Virus record (IMG/VR): IMGVR_UViG_3300012000_000018
Coordinates: 1 to 60,010 of that record
From: a virus
Taxonomy: Duplodnaviria; Caudoviricetes
Length of the DNA: 60,010 nt
Strand: one strand, 5' to 3'
Below, one piece after another: positions 39,343-47,206 of the stretch. The position numbers were made by a program, and so were the translations under genes. The stretch's first letter is position 1. Every line of letters begins with the position of its first letter. The notes beneath the pieces are model-generated. The model was not told the origin of the DNA, did no database searches, and saw only the letters and a list, made by a program, of their open reading frames with translations.

Positions 39343-39492
39343 ATGTATTTAGATACAGGAACACTTATAGGCTTGACTATCGCGCTCGCGGGTTCTTGCG
39401 CGGTTATGATTATCTCAATAATGTCCCACCGAAATCTCACACGAGAAAACTATCGTCTGAAGAAACTACTACGCGAAAGGAGTAAAAAGTAA
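39343..39492 (+). CDS. Small membrane protein
   Basis: MYLDTGTLIGLTIALAG; AAAGGGG RBS. Confidence 0.6.
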   Translation: MYLDTGTLIGLTIALAGSCAVMIISIMSHRNLTRENYRLKKLLRERSKK

Positions 39493-39661
39493 AAATGGAA
39501 ACGACACAAATCGTATCTGACGCTAATTGCAGTTTCACTTGCCAGTTTGAGTGGATTGAAGTATCTTCTAATTTCTTTAGCGTATCTGTCTATACCCCAG
39601 CACTAATTGTTGGACTGCTTGGTTATGGTATCTATCGAGTTATCAAAAAGAGGCGCGGATA

Positions 39662-40141
39662 ATGACTAAGCCAACTTGGGATAAGTTTGAAGAAGCAACT
39701 CCAGTTGTAAATGGGAAAAAGGTAGAACTTGAACCTAACCAAACAATTTGGAAGAACAGGTTTTATGTTGTCGTCAAGACAGTTTTAGAACCTGAACTTG
39801 GAGAAGCCAGTGGTCTTCACCTTTCAATTCGCCATAACGAACGAAAGGCTATTAGAGATTGGAGACACTTCCAGCGTATCAAGAACGAACTTGCGGGTGC
39901 TGAAAGAGAAGCCGTAGAAATCTTCCCACCTGAAAGCCAACTTGTTGATACTTCTAACCAGTATCACCTTTGGGTCTTACCTGAAGGCACAACTTCTTTC
40001 TTTACTTGGAACGAAGGAAGGCACGTTACAAGCAACGCACAAGACCCACAGACTGCTCAATGGTTGAGGGATAAAGGTTTAGACCCTGCGGTTATTCGCA
40101 ACGCGGTGCAACGACCTTTAGAGGAGGAAGCGTCTGCGTGA
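39662..40141 (+). CDS. Conserved phage hypothetical protein
   Basis: HLSIR...DWRHFQRIKNELAG.E.EAVEIFPPESQLVDTSNQYHLW. Confidence 0.75.
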   Translation: MTKPTWDKFEEATPVVNGKKVELEPNQTIWKNRFYVVVKTVLEPELGEASGLHLSIRHNERKAIRDWRHFQRIKNELAGAEREAVEIFPPESQLVDTSNQYHLWVLPEGTTSFFTWNEGRHVTSNAQDPQTAQWLRDKGLDPAVIRNAVQRPLEEEASA

Positions 40142-40344
40142 GAGTAGCAAAAAGTAAAAAGTTAGAAGCCAGCGCGAGTGCGTTGTATCGTGGTGGTCTT
40201 TCGATAGATGATGTGGCTAGAGAACTTGCCGTGTCCTATCGTTGCGCTCGCAAAGCAATTCAAGGTGGTGGGGCTGAAATTAGAAACCCCTCTGCTAGAA
40301 CTAAAGGACGCACAAGTCCTAAAGGAAAGAAGGGAAACAAATGA
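40138..40344 (+). CDS. Small HTH DNA-binding protein
   Basis: LYRGGLSIDDVARELAVSYRCAR. Confidence 0.7.
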   Translation: MRVAKSKKLEASASALYRGGLSIDDVARELAVSYRCARKAIQGGGAEIRNPSARTKGRTSPKGKKGNK

Positions 40345-40612
40345 ACAACTTGAATATAGTTTGGACTGCTGTCGGAACTGTCTTGTTTGGGTTGGCGTCT
40401 TTCGTGGCGTCTTGGCAAGGTAGTGTGGCGTGGTCTATTAGTTTGGGCTTGTCTGCGGTTGCATCTGCAACCCTAGCAAGTCGAGAGAAGTAGGCTAAAC
40501 CCCCTTTTCCCTACTTCTCCAAAAGTTAGGCTGTCGGTGGCTTCCCCCACTTACAGCCTTTCTTTTCGTCTGCTTGCTTGACTTTTCTTTTATTGTTTGT
40601 TATGATTAGCCT

Positions 40613-40864
40613 ATGCAAAATCCAAACTGCACTTTCGAAGTTGAAATCGAGGACGACTATGGTCGTTTTCGTATTCTCTTGCCTTATGCCGAGGCAACTA
40701 TTCGCGCCCAAAAGGCGTCTGAAGCGGGCGAACTGTCCGACTTCTATCACGCTTGCCTGTGTGATTTTGAGTCTATGACTTTTCCTCACACCTGCCCTTG
40801 CAACTGCGAGTGGTTTGATAAAGGTGCGGAGCCTGACCCCGCTGTTCCCCCTCTTTATATTTAG
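40613..40864 (+). CDS. Leaderless Cys-rich hypothetical protein
   Basis: TTGACT-17-TATGAT, then ATG. Confidence 0.6.
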   Translation: MQNPNCTFEVEIEDDYGRFRILLPYAEATIRAQKASEAGELSDFYHACLCDFESMTFPHTCPCNCEWFDKGAEPDPAVPPLYI

Positions 40865-40865
40865 G

Positions 40866-41203
40866 AGAAGCCCCGCCTTGTGCGGGGTTTCTTTTTGCGC
40901 TGTGGAGTTTTTACTTTTTATGCGTGAGTCCAAGCCTCGCTGTGGGCAACTTCTAAACAACTTATGCTTGACTTACTGCTTGACGACTGATATGTTATGT
41001 CTAACAAATTGAAAGGGGGCTTCCAATGTCTGTAAATATTGATAACAATGGTCTTGACTATGACCCTTGGGCTGAAGATGATGACGACACTCTTGCGGTT
41101 GAAGATGTCGTTGTTGTTGAAGACGCAGGTTTTGAGATGTGGTTAGGTCTTGAATAAATAACTTTGCCACGAAGAAGCCCCGCCTTGTGCGGGGTTTCTT
41201 TTT
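40866..41203 (+). repeat. Identical 31-bp terminator repeat at 40866 and 41173
   Basis: AGAAGCCCCGCCTTGTGCGGGGTTTCTTTTT present twice. Confidence 0.9.
41026..41157 (+). CDS. 43-aa highly acidic peptide
   Basis: Manual translation MSVNIDNNGLDYDPWAEDDDDTLAVEDVVVVEDAGFEMWLGLE; own promoter, RBS and terminator. Confidence 0.6.
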   Translation: MSVNIDNNGLDYDPWAEDDDDTLAVEDVVVVEDAGFEMWLGLE

Positions 41204-41358
41204 TGTGCGGGTAAGTTTTTACTTTTTATGCCTCTCCCCAAACCCTCGCGCTCGCCAGGTTCCACAACTTCCAAACAACTTCTCTCTGATTCCTCTCTAA
41301 CTGCCCTTGACTTCTACAATGGAGTGTTGTATGCTATGTCTTGAAAGGGGGGTATCAA

Positions 41359-41775
41359 ATGGATACTCAAGTTGCAACAAGATTGCCTTCTAAATCCGAA
41401 TGGGCGGAACTTTATGAGGCACTTTCTAAACTTCCTAAATCTAAATACGCTATCCCAACTTCCGAGATTATTTCGGATTTCTTAGCGGATAATATTCACG
41501 GCGACCTACTCTTTGTAGAGGTTCGTGAATACAAAAAGACCCCATACCTACGCAAGTTGTTGGGTTCTATGCCTTCTTTTACCCGTGTAAAGCCAAATGC
41601 GCTCGATACGCTTGCGTTTGTGCGTATTTTAACTACTGACCCTCACAAATACGCTCGTATCTTCGGTGAGCACTATCGTTGCTGTGCCAAGTGCGGTGCT
41701 GAACTCACTGATGAGCGTAGTCGTGAGTTATCTCTTGGACCAGAGTGCCGAAAGGCGTTTGGATACACCAAATAA
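41359..41775 (+). CDS. DUF6011-like Zn-finger protein
   Basis: CAKCGAELTDERSRELSLGPEC. Confidence 0.75.
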   Translation: MDTQVATRLPSKSEWAELYEALSKLPKSKYAIPTSEIISDFLADNIHGDLLFVEVREYKKTPYLRKLLGSMPSFTRVKPNALDTLAFVRILTTDPHKYARIFGEHYRCCAKCGAELTDERSRELSLGPECRKAFGYTK

Positions 41776-41965
41776 CTCTATGATGGAAGGTCGTTCCCGC
41801 CCCTGTGCGGGGGCGACTTTCCTGACTTTAGTGTGCTAAGGTGGTCTAGTAGAAATGATGCAAGACGCATTAGAAAGTAGGTCGCAACACCTATCTCCCC
41901 AGAGCGGGTGATACGGGTGGGCTAGTCCAGCCACCTTGTCCTGTCCCCTAACAAAGGAATAATCA

Positions 41966-42562
41966 ATGCAGAAACTCGAAAGCAAGACTATTGAACAAAT
42001 AGTAAGCGTGGCTATCTCTGTCGTGCTTCTATCGGTATTTTCTACTTTTGTTCAAAGTTCCAGAGCCGAGCAACAACCTATGCCAGTATCTATCGCTTCG
42101 GTAGAGGCTGAAATAGCAAAGAAGAATGAAGAAATCCGCTTGCTAGAACTCAAGAAGTTCTCCGAGCAAAAGACAACCCTGACTGATGAAGACCTAGTCC
42201 GACTGCTTCACGCCGTTGGTTTCAAGGGTAAAGCCTTGAGAACTGCTTGGGCTGTCGTCAAGAAGGAAAGTAATGGTCGCCCCCTAGCCTTCAATGGCAA
42301 TAGGAAGACAGGCGATTCGTCATACGGCATATTCCAAATCAATATGATTGGTGGGCTTGGCGTTACACGCCGAGAGAAGTTTGACCTCAATAGCAATGTT
42401 GAACTCTTTGACCCAGTAGTTAATGCTCAAGTCGCCTACCATATGAGCGGTGGCGGAGATGATTGGACTGCTTGGAAAATCTCAGGAACGCTAACAAATA
42501 GTGATGAGATTAGGTTCAAGGAGTGGTATGCCAAGTTCCCTGAAGGAGTTGTAAATGAGTGA
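41966..42562 (+). CDS. Secreted lysozyme-like lytic transglycosylase
   Basis: N-terminal TM/signal; KKESNG, DSSYGIFQINM, LFDPVVNA, WTAW. Confidence 0.85.
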   Translation: MQKLESKTIEQIVSVAISVVLLSVFSTFVQSSRAEQQPMPVSIASVEAEIAKKNEEIRLLELKKFSEQKTTLTDEDLVRLLHAVGFKGKALRTAWAVVKKESNGRPLAFNGNRKTGDSSYGIFQINMIGGLGVTRREKFDLNSNVELFDPVVNAQVAYHMSGGGDDWTAWKISGTLTNSDEIRFKEWYAKFPEGVVNE

Positions 42563-42968
42563 TGAAGACCTTTCCAGTATCTTTACCCCTGCGGTAGAGG
42601 CTGAGCCAGTAGTCGAGGCTGTGGCTGTGGTTGAAGAACCAAAGCCCGCTCCCGCTGTGGCTGTTGAACCTGAACCAGTAGTAAAAAGTAAAAAGTCCCC
42701 CGCTGTCGTTTCAACAACTGCGGGAGTTGTTTCGTTGTCTGCGCTTGGAAACAAGTTTGCTCACAACTCTGCGTCTGTGGCTTTAGTTCAAGAACAACTT
42801 ATTGCTCTTGGATTTGATGACGCGGGTTTTGATAATCGCGGACACCTAAGCGAAGGAACTAAGAAAGCCCTTGCTGACTTTTGTGGTTGTTCTACCCAAG
42901 AACTCATCGTAGATGAGAAACTTATTACTAAGTTATTCAAGAACACTGCGGTAGAAGTCGTAGCCTAA
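42555..42968 (+). CDS. Peptidoglycan-binding-domain-like protein
   Basis: SVALVQEQLIALGF...GHLSEGTKKALADF. Confidence 0.6.
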   Translation: MSDEDLSSIFTPAVEAEPVVEAVAVVEEPKPAPAVAVEPEPVVKSKKSPAVVSTTAGVVSLSALGNKFAHNSASVALVQEQLIALGFDDAGFDNRGHLSEGTKKALADFCGCSTQELIVDEKLITKLFKNTAVEVVA

Positions 42969-43074
42969 ACACCTTTTCAATAAATCAACGCTCGGTTGGT
43001 CATCTAAAATTGACTAGCCGAGCGTTGTTTTTACTTTTTACACGCTCTGTGCAGGACAAGGAAGGACGGCACAA

Positions 43075-43368
43075 ATGGCAAAATCAAAAGGAGAGGTTGA
43101 AGTAAGTCGGGACGACAAGACTATTGAGAAAGCAAAAATGCTCATTGGTCGTGTTATCGCTACTTTCGCTGCCTCGGGACTATCCGTAGTTGGAGCAGGT
43201 TCTTTGTTTGGTATTGAAGTATGGAAATCTATTGCCCTTGCGGGTGGTTTGGGTGTCGCTACTGTCGTAGAGGCTTTGTCCCGTGCCTACCTTGCTGACG
43301 GAAAATTGACTACATCTGAAATCAACGAAGCCTTTGCGCTTGTAGATAAGCGTAAGTCCGCCGAATAG
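43075..43368 (+). CDS. Holin-like membrane protein
   Basis: Two TM segments; DGKLTTSEINEAF. Confidence 0.6.
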   Translation: MAKSKGEVEVSRDDKTIEKAKMLIGRVIATFAASGLSVVGAGSLFGIEVWKSIALAGGLGVATVVEALSRAYLADGKLTTSEINEAFALVDKRKSAE

Positions 43369-43413
43369 TTCATAAATAAGAAGCCCCCTAGATTATTCGT
43401 CTAGGGGGTTTTC

Positions 43414-43596
43414 TTATGCTACTAGGCAGAGCCTTCGTTTGGAGTGAGCGTGAATCCATACTGTAACCCACCCGCGCTCGCGGTCATACACCTCTGCACC
43501 TTGTGTAAGTTGTTGGCACTTTGGACAAGTCCCGATGAACTCGTGGTCGTCTAACTCTTTCACTCTTTGTCCTTTTTCATTTCGATATAGTGGCAA
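43414..43596 (-). CDS. Small Zn-binding protein
   Basis: CPKC...H...C. Confidence 0.45.
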   Translation of the reverse strand: MPLYRNEKGQRVKELDDHEFIGTCPKCQQLTQGAEVYDRERGWVTVWIHAHSKRRLCLVA

Positions 43597-43671
43597 GGCT
43601 TACATAGCCCCTCTCCACCCCCGCCGAACTTAGGATTGAACCAAGTCTGACATTTGACACATTGTTGCGGT

Positions 43672-44283
43672 TTAGCCATTTCGGTTCTTCTCTAGGATTG
43701 GTTGGAAGCACTTACTTTTTCCTGTTGTTGTTCGGTAGCCGTATCGTGTCAAGCGGAATTGGATTGCACCAATAGTTACACCCAATATCTTTGCAAGACG
43801 ATATACGGAAATGCCTTGCGTTGTTATTGCTTGATTGAGAAGGTAGGTGTATTCATCTGCCTCTGCTCGATACATCTTGCCGTGTCCTCTTACCTGTTGG
43901 GCAAGTGGTTTGAGTTCTAATAGTCTGTCCAGCATTTCTTTTGGAAGTTCGGGATAAACTTTAGAATACTTTGTTTCTCGCGGTGGCTTTGGAATAGGTA
44001 AATCACCAATGAGAGAAGTGTCGCTCATTGTTTGTTGAGCAAGTTGTCTTACTCTTTCCCGTGAAATATCTACTGCCCTTGCAATCGCGGAATCTGTCCA
44101 GCCAGCCTCGCCCAATGCAATTATGTATTGGTTGCGTTGCTTTATATCGCTAATACCTTTGAAGATATCCAATACATCTTGCGGAAGTTCTTGCTTTCGC
44201 TTGATGATTTTTCCTTCTCCACTCGCCACAATTTTGTATGTAACGCGTTTAGGTTTAGTCGTTGTCGTTATCTCTTTCGTCAT
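43672..44283 (-). CDS. Dual HTH DNA-binding protein, paralog 2
   Basis: WTDSAIARAVDISRERVRQL; SVYRLAKILGVTIGAIQFRLTRYGY; aligns with 2141-2722 by eye. Confidence 0.8.
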   Translation of the reverse strand: MTKEITTTTKPKRVTYKIVASGEGKIIKRKQELPQDVLDIFKGISDIKQRNQYIIALGEAGWTDSAIARAVDISRERVRQLAQQTMSDTSLIGDLPIPKPPRETKYSKVYPELPKEMLDRLLELKPLAQQVRGHGKMYRAEADEYTYLLNQAITTQGISVYRLAKILGVTIGAIQFRLTRYGYRTTTGKSKCFQPILEKNRNG

Positions 44284-44350
44284 TTCTTCCTTTCGTAGTT
44301 TGTCTTATAGCAAGCATAACCCATAGGATTACTGATTGCAAGTTGAGAGG

Positions 44351-44644
44351 CTACCCCTTGCGGAGTGCCTCTTTTACCAGCGTTACTGCCTCGAAGTCAT
44401 TACCGCCAATGTTGTATTGGAATACCTCTGTGAGTGCAGGTCTTCCCATTTCGTAACGCTTCCAGTCATAGATTGTCGCTACTGTGCCGTTCTCGAAAAC
44501 AATAACCCACTCGACTGTTACTTTGTCGCCCTCTGCGAAGTATTCAGGTTCTCCGAAGGTTTCAATAAGTTGAGCAAGTGTTGAAGTTACATAGCCTTTG
44601 AGTGAAGTCCCGTAGGCTTGCTCAGGGTCTAATGTGAATTGCAT
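44351..44644 (-). CDS. Conserved phage hypothetical protein
   Basis: GTSLKGYV...FGEP...DKVTVEW...ATIYDWK...YNIGG. Confidence 0.7.
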   Translation of the reverse strand: MQFTLDPEQAYGTSLKGYVTSTLAQLIETFGEPEYFAEGDKVTVEWVIVFENGTVATIYDWKRYEMGRPALTEVFQYNIGGNDFEAVTLVKEALRKG

Positions 44645-44849
44645 TTTGTTTCCTTTCGTAGTTGGTAGATATAGTATATAAAACTTATTGCAACAATGCA
44701 AGCCCATTTCTCTCCACCCCCTGTGCGGTGTCTAAAAGTTGTTTGGAAGTTGCCAGCACCTAGCCACTAAGTTTTTACTTTTTACCCTAAATCAAAAAAT
44801 GAAATGCAAAAAAGAAACCCCCGATTTCTCGGGGGCTTCTTCATAACTT

Positions 44850-45074
44850 TTAGAAGAAGAGTTCTTCTACCGCTGAAGAGGCTAGAAAGCGTAACTTTAG
44901 ATTGAGGATACGGATTCCATATTCCTTTGCGAAGTTTTCTGCTTCTGCCTTTGTGTCTGCCTTGAATTGGTAAGCCTTGTTGCCTTCATAGACTGCCATA
45001 AAATGCTTCTTGCCGTTTGAGTTTGTGCCAGTCATTACTGCAATTAGTTCTGCGTCTGTTATTAGTTTAGACAT
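44850..45074 (-). CDS. Hypothetical protein (single-gene cassette)
   Basis: Promoter, AAAGGG RBS and terminator. Confidence 0.65.
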   Translation of the reverse strand: MSKLITDAELIAVMTGTNSNGKKHFMAVYEGNKAYQFKADTKAEAENFAKEYGIRILNLKLRFLASSAVEELFF

Positions 45075-45299
45075 TTGCTTCCCTTTGTTAGTTGCCTTGC
45101 CCCCTGTGGCTTGGCTTCTTGGTCTAAGTGTATCCGGTTAGGTGAGTAGTTGCAAGACCAAATGAGGAAATTGTTTAAATGTGCGGGTGTGAGTTGCATC
45201 ACATTTTTTGGCGCTCGCAAGTTTTTACTTTTTATATAGTTTTAATTTTTCCAGCAAAAAAGAAAACCCCCTCTTTCGAGGGGGCTTCCTTCCCAGACT

Positions 45300-45683
45300 T
45301 TAGAAGTGTGGGTCGTAGTATTCCATTCGAGCACCGACTAGGAGAACACCAGAATTAGTTGCGCCTTCACGCATATAGCGTCCGTCTTTGCGGAGTGTGT
45401 AGCGTTCTTGCTTTGCATTTGGGTTGGTAGTGAATTCGTAGTCTTGGCTCTCTGAATAGTAACCATTAGAATCCACACGCTTTGCGATATCGCGGGTGGC
45501 AATTACTGCCTTTACTTGTCCAGCCTTCTTGCCTGTTTTGTAGGTTTCAATTCCTACAACTGTGTAAGCGTAGCGGTCAGACCAGCCAATCTGTGTTGCG
45601 CCCATACCGATTTCAATTTCGGTAAGGGATTTGCTGTTGCCAGCAAGTAGATTATGAAATGAGCCGTAAGGCATTTCTATCAT
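45300..45683 (-). CDS. Conserved phage hypothetical protein
   Basis: GMGAT..WSDRYAYTV...YYDPHF. Confidence 0.7.
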   Translation of the reverse strand: MIEMPYGSFHNLLAGNSKSLTEIEIGMGATQIGWSDRYAYTVVGIETYKTGKKAGQVKAVIATRDIAKRVDSNGYYSESQDYEFTTNPNAKQERYTLRKDGRYMREGATNSGVLLVGARMEYYDPHF

Positions 45684-45839
45684 CTCCCCCTAGTATCCAT
45701 CGCCCCTTGCGATTTCCACTACCTAAATAATAAGGGTTGGCTACGGATAACGCAAGTTCATTTGGCAAAAAAGGTTAGAAATGTCGTGTGATTTACACCA
45801 CACATTTGCACCCCTGCGGAAGTTGTTGAGAAGTGAAAG

Positions 45840-45872
45840 TTATCCACAGGTTTATCCACAGGCTGTGGATAA
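45840..45872. promoter_or_regulatory. Cluster of three perfect DnaA boxes
   Basis: TTATCCACA at 45840 and 45852, TGTGGATAA at 45864; single copies also at 37189 and 31789. Confidence 0.8.
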
Positions 45873-45961
45873 CTTTTGCCCTGCGGGTTTTTACTTTTTA
45901 CCTGTCTTTTCTTTTTTCTGCAAGAGAAAACCCCCCTTGCGGGGGGCTTCCCTTTCCAGAC

Positions 45962-46183
45962 TTATTCTTCCCCGAGTTGCTTTAGGAAGTCATTTACTAT
46001 GTCTAAAGCCTTTTCACGACCCTTTAGACCTTTGCCAGTATCAATTCCTGTTAGACGCTTGAACGCCTTTAGGCTTGATTCCTTTGATAGTTGCATACGC
46101 AACTCTGTGCGGATTTCAAGTTCTAGACCCTGCTTCAAGATGAAGAGTTGAATTGGGCTTACTTGAATTTCAACTACGGACAT
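45962..46183 (-). CDS. Hypothetical protein (single-gene cassette)
   Basis: MSVVEIQ after AAAGGGGG RBS. Confidence 0.65.
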   Translation of the reverse strand: MSVVEIQVSPIQLFILKQGLELEIRTELRMQLSKESSLKAFKRLTGIDTGKGLKGREKALDIVNDFLKQLGEE

Positions 46184-46331
46184 TTTGTTTCCCCCTTTCT
46201 TTGTTAGCCTAAGCATAGAATACTTTTACGGGTAATGCAACTCTATTTGGATTTTGTGCCACATAATTCGTGTGAGTTGTACCACATAGAAAAACCCCCC
46301 ACATTTCTGCGGGGGGCTTCTCTTTAGTTCT

Positions 46332-46586
46332 TTAGGCTGATGTAGTTGCTAGGACTACGACCTCTTCTTCTTCTACCTCTGCGGGTGTTGGGTGATTGAG
46401 GACAAGGTAAAGGATTTCCTCTGCGGTCATCTCACGGTGAGGTTCTCCACGAGTTTCTTCTTGGATTACTACCTTCTCAATAGGTGCGGTTGCACCTAGT
46501 AGGAGTTCTCTTACCTGTGCCTTTGTGTCAATGATGTAGTAGTAAGTAGTTCCCTTGATTGTTACTGCTGTTCCATATGCTGACAT
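46332..46586 (-). CDS. Hypothetical protein (single-gene cassette)
   Basis: Promoter, AAAGGGG RBS and terminator. Confidence 0.65.
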   Translation of the reverse strand: MSAYGTAVTIKGTTYYYIIDTKAQVRELLLGATAPIEKVVIQEETRGEPHREMTAEEILYLVLNHPTPAEVEEEEVVVLATTSA

Positions 46587-47206
46587 TTGTTTCCCCTTTT
46601 TTCTTTTCTATTGAAGCCCTTTGCTTCAATAAGATAAAGGTATCTAATAGCACTAGGTAATGCAAGTCCATACACATATTTTCCCTATGAGTTACATCAC
46701 ACATATAAGACCTATGTTACTCGCCAGTATCTAAATTATTTCTAGACCACTCTTGTCTTGCTTTAGATATATCACTAGCAATCTTGGTCATCTTGACTTT
46801 GTAAAGTTATTTAGTTCTTCACAAGAATAACAAGCCTGTTAGTCATCAAGCCTGTGCCTAAGCCTAACATTGAGCCTTAGTATGTAAGAAAGTTGAGTCG
46901 CTTTGACTCAAGTTTGTTGATACACATTGCTTATACTAAAAGATAACTTTTTGTTATATAAATAAAATAAATCTATATGCCTTTGCTTTTTTGTAACAAA
47001 AAGTTATAAAACAACTTTTTTAATAACAAAATGTTATTTATCCGGAAACGATTTGGAAAAGCCCGCAAAATAAGCGGTACCTTCTCACAGGCCAAAAGCA
47101 TTTAATGGAAAGGTTCATACTTTCGATGCTTTCGTCCAAGAGTCTTTGCCCGCATAGTCTGATAACATTAGGCACAAGAAGTTTTCCCATATTTAAGGGA
47201 GTTTGA

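Larger units (their letters stand above)
17729..45834. repeat. Dispersed motif ACTTCCAAAYAACTT / AAGTTRTTKGGAAGT (box B)
   Basis: Copies near 17730, 18270, 20861, 20909, 21030, 33515, 35050, 36157, 36483, 37108, 37178, 40949, 41267, 44736 and 45820. Confidence 0.85.
16412..45901. repeat. Dispersed 14-bp motif GTAAAAAGTAAAAA (box A), ~28 copies
   Basis: Plus strand: 16412, 16864, 17578, 17930, 20950, 20988, 26503, 27020, 27971, 28389*, 29189, 31820, 32859, 33470, 35004, 36111, 36437, 38285, 39482, 40147*, 42681 (*GC variant). Minus strand: 37139, 40908, 41216, 43028, 44772, 45222, 45888 (some lack the terminal base). Confidence 0.95.
19044..46665. promoter_or_regulatory. Array of >25 sigma-A-type promoters (TTGACW/TTGCNN-16/18-TANNNT), each driving a short cassette
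   Basis: For example -35 at 21068, 22726, 22810, 24509, 28650, 29232, 32279, 33551, 34707, 35162, 37246, 38348, 38759, 40578 (+) and 45155, 45755, 46240, 46665 (-); usually followed by an AAAGGGG RBS. Confidence 0.85.
28603..46701. promoter_or_regulatory. CRP/GlxR-type palindromes TGTGA-N6-TCACA upstream of promoters
   Basis: Perfect at 28603, 35127, 37209 and 45188; one mismatch at 45787, 46271 and 46686. Confidence 0.75.

Noticed and set aside
41840-41960. c-di-AMP (ydaO) riboswitch upstream of the transglycosylase
   Set aside because: Context fits, but the conserved GCUGAAUCC, GGGUGAAU and CCCGUCAGCUAAC elements are not recognisable
16412-45901. Box A/B repeats as a CRISPR array or integron attC sites
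   Set aside because: Repeats are 14-15 bp, non-palindromic and irregularly spaced by whole genes; no cas or integrase gene in the window
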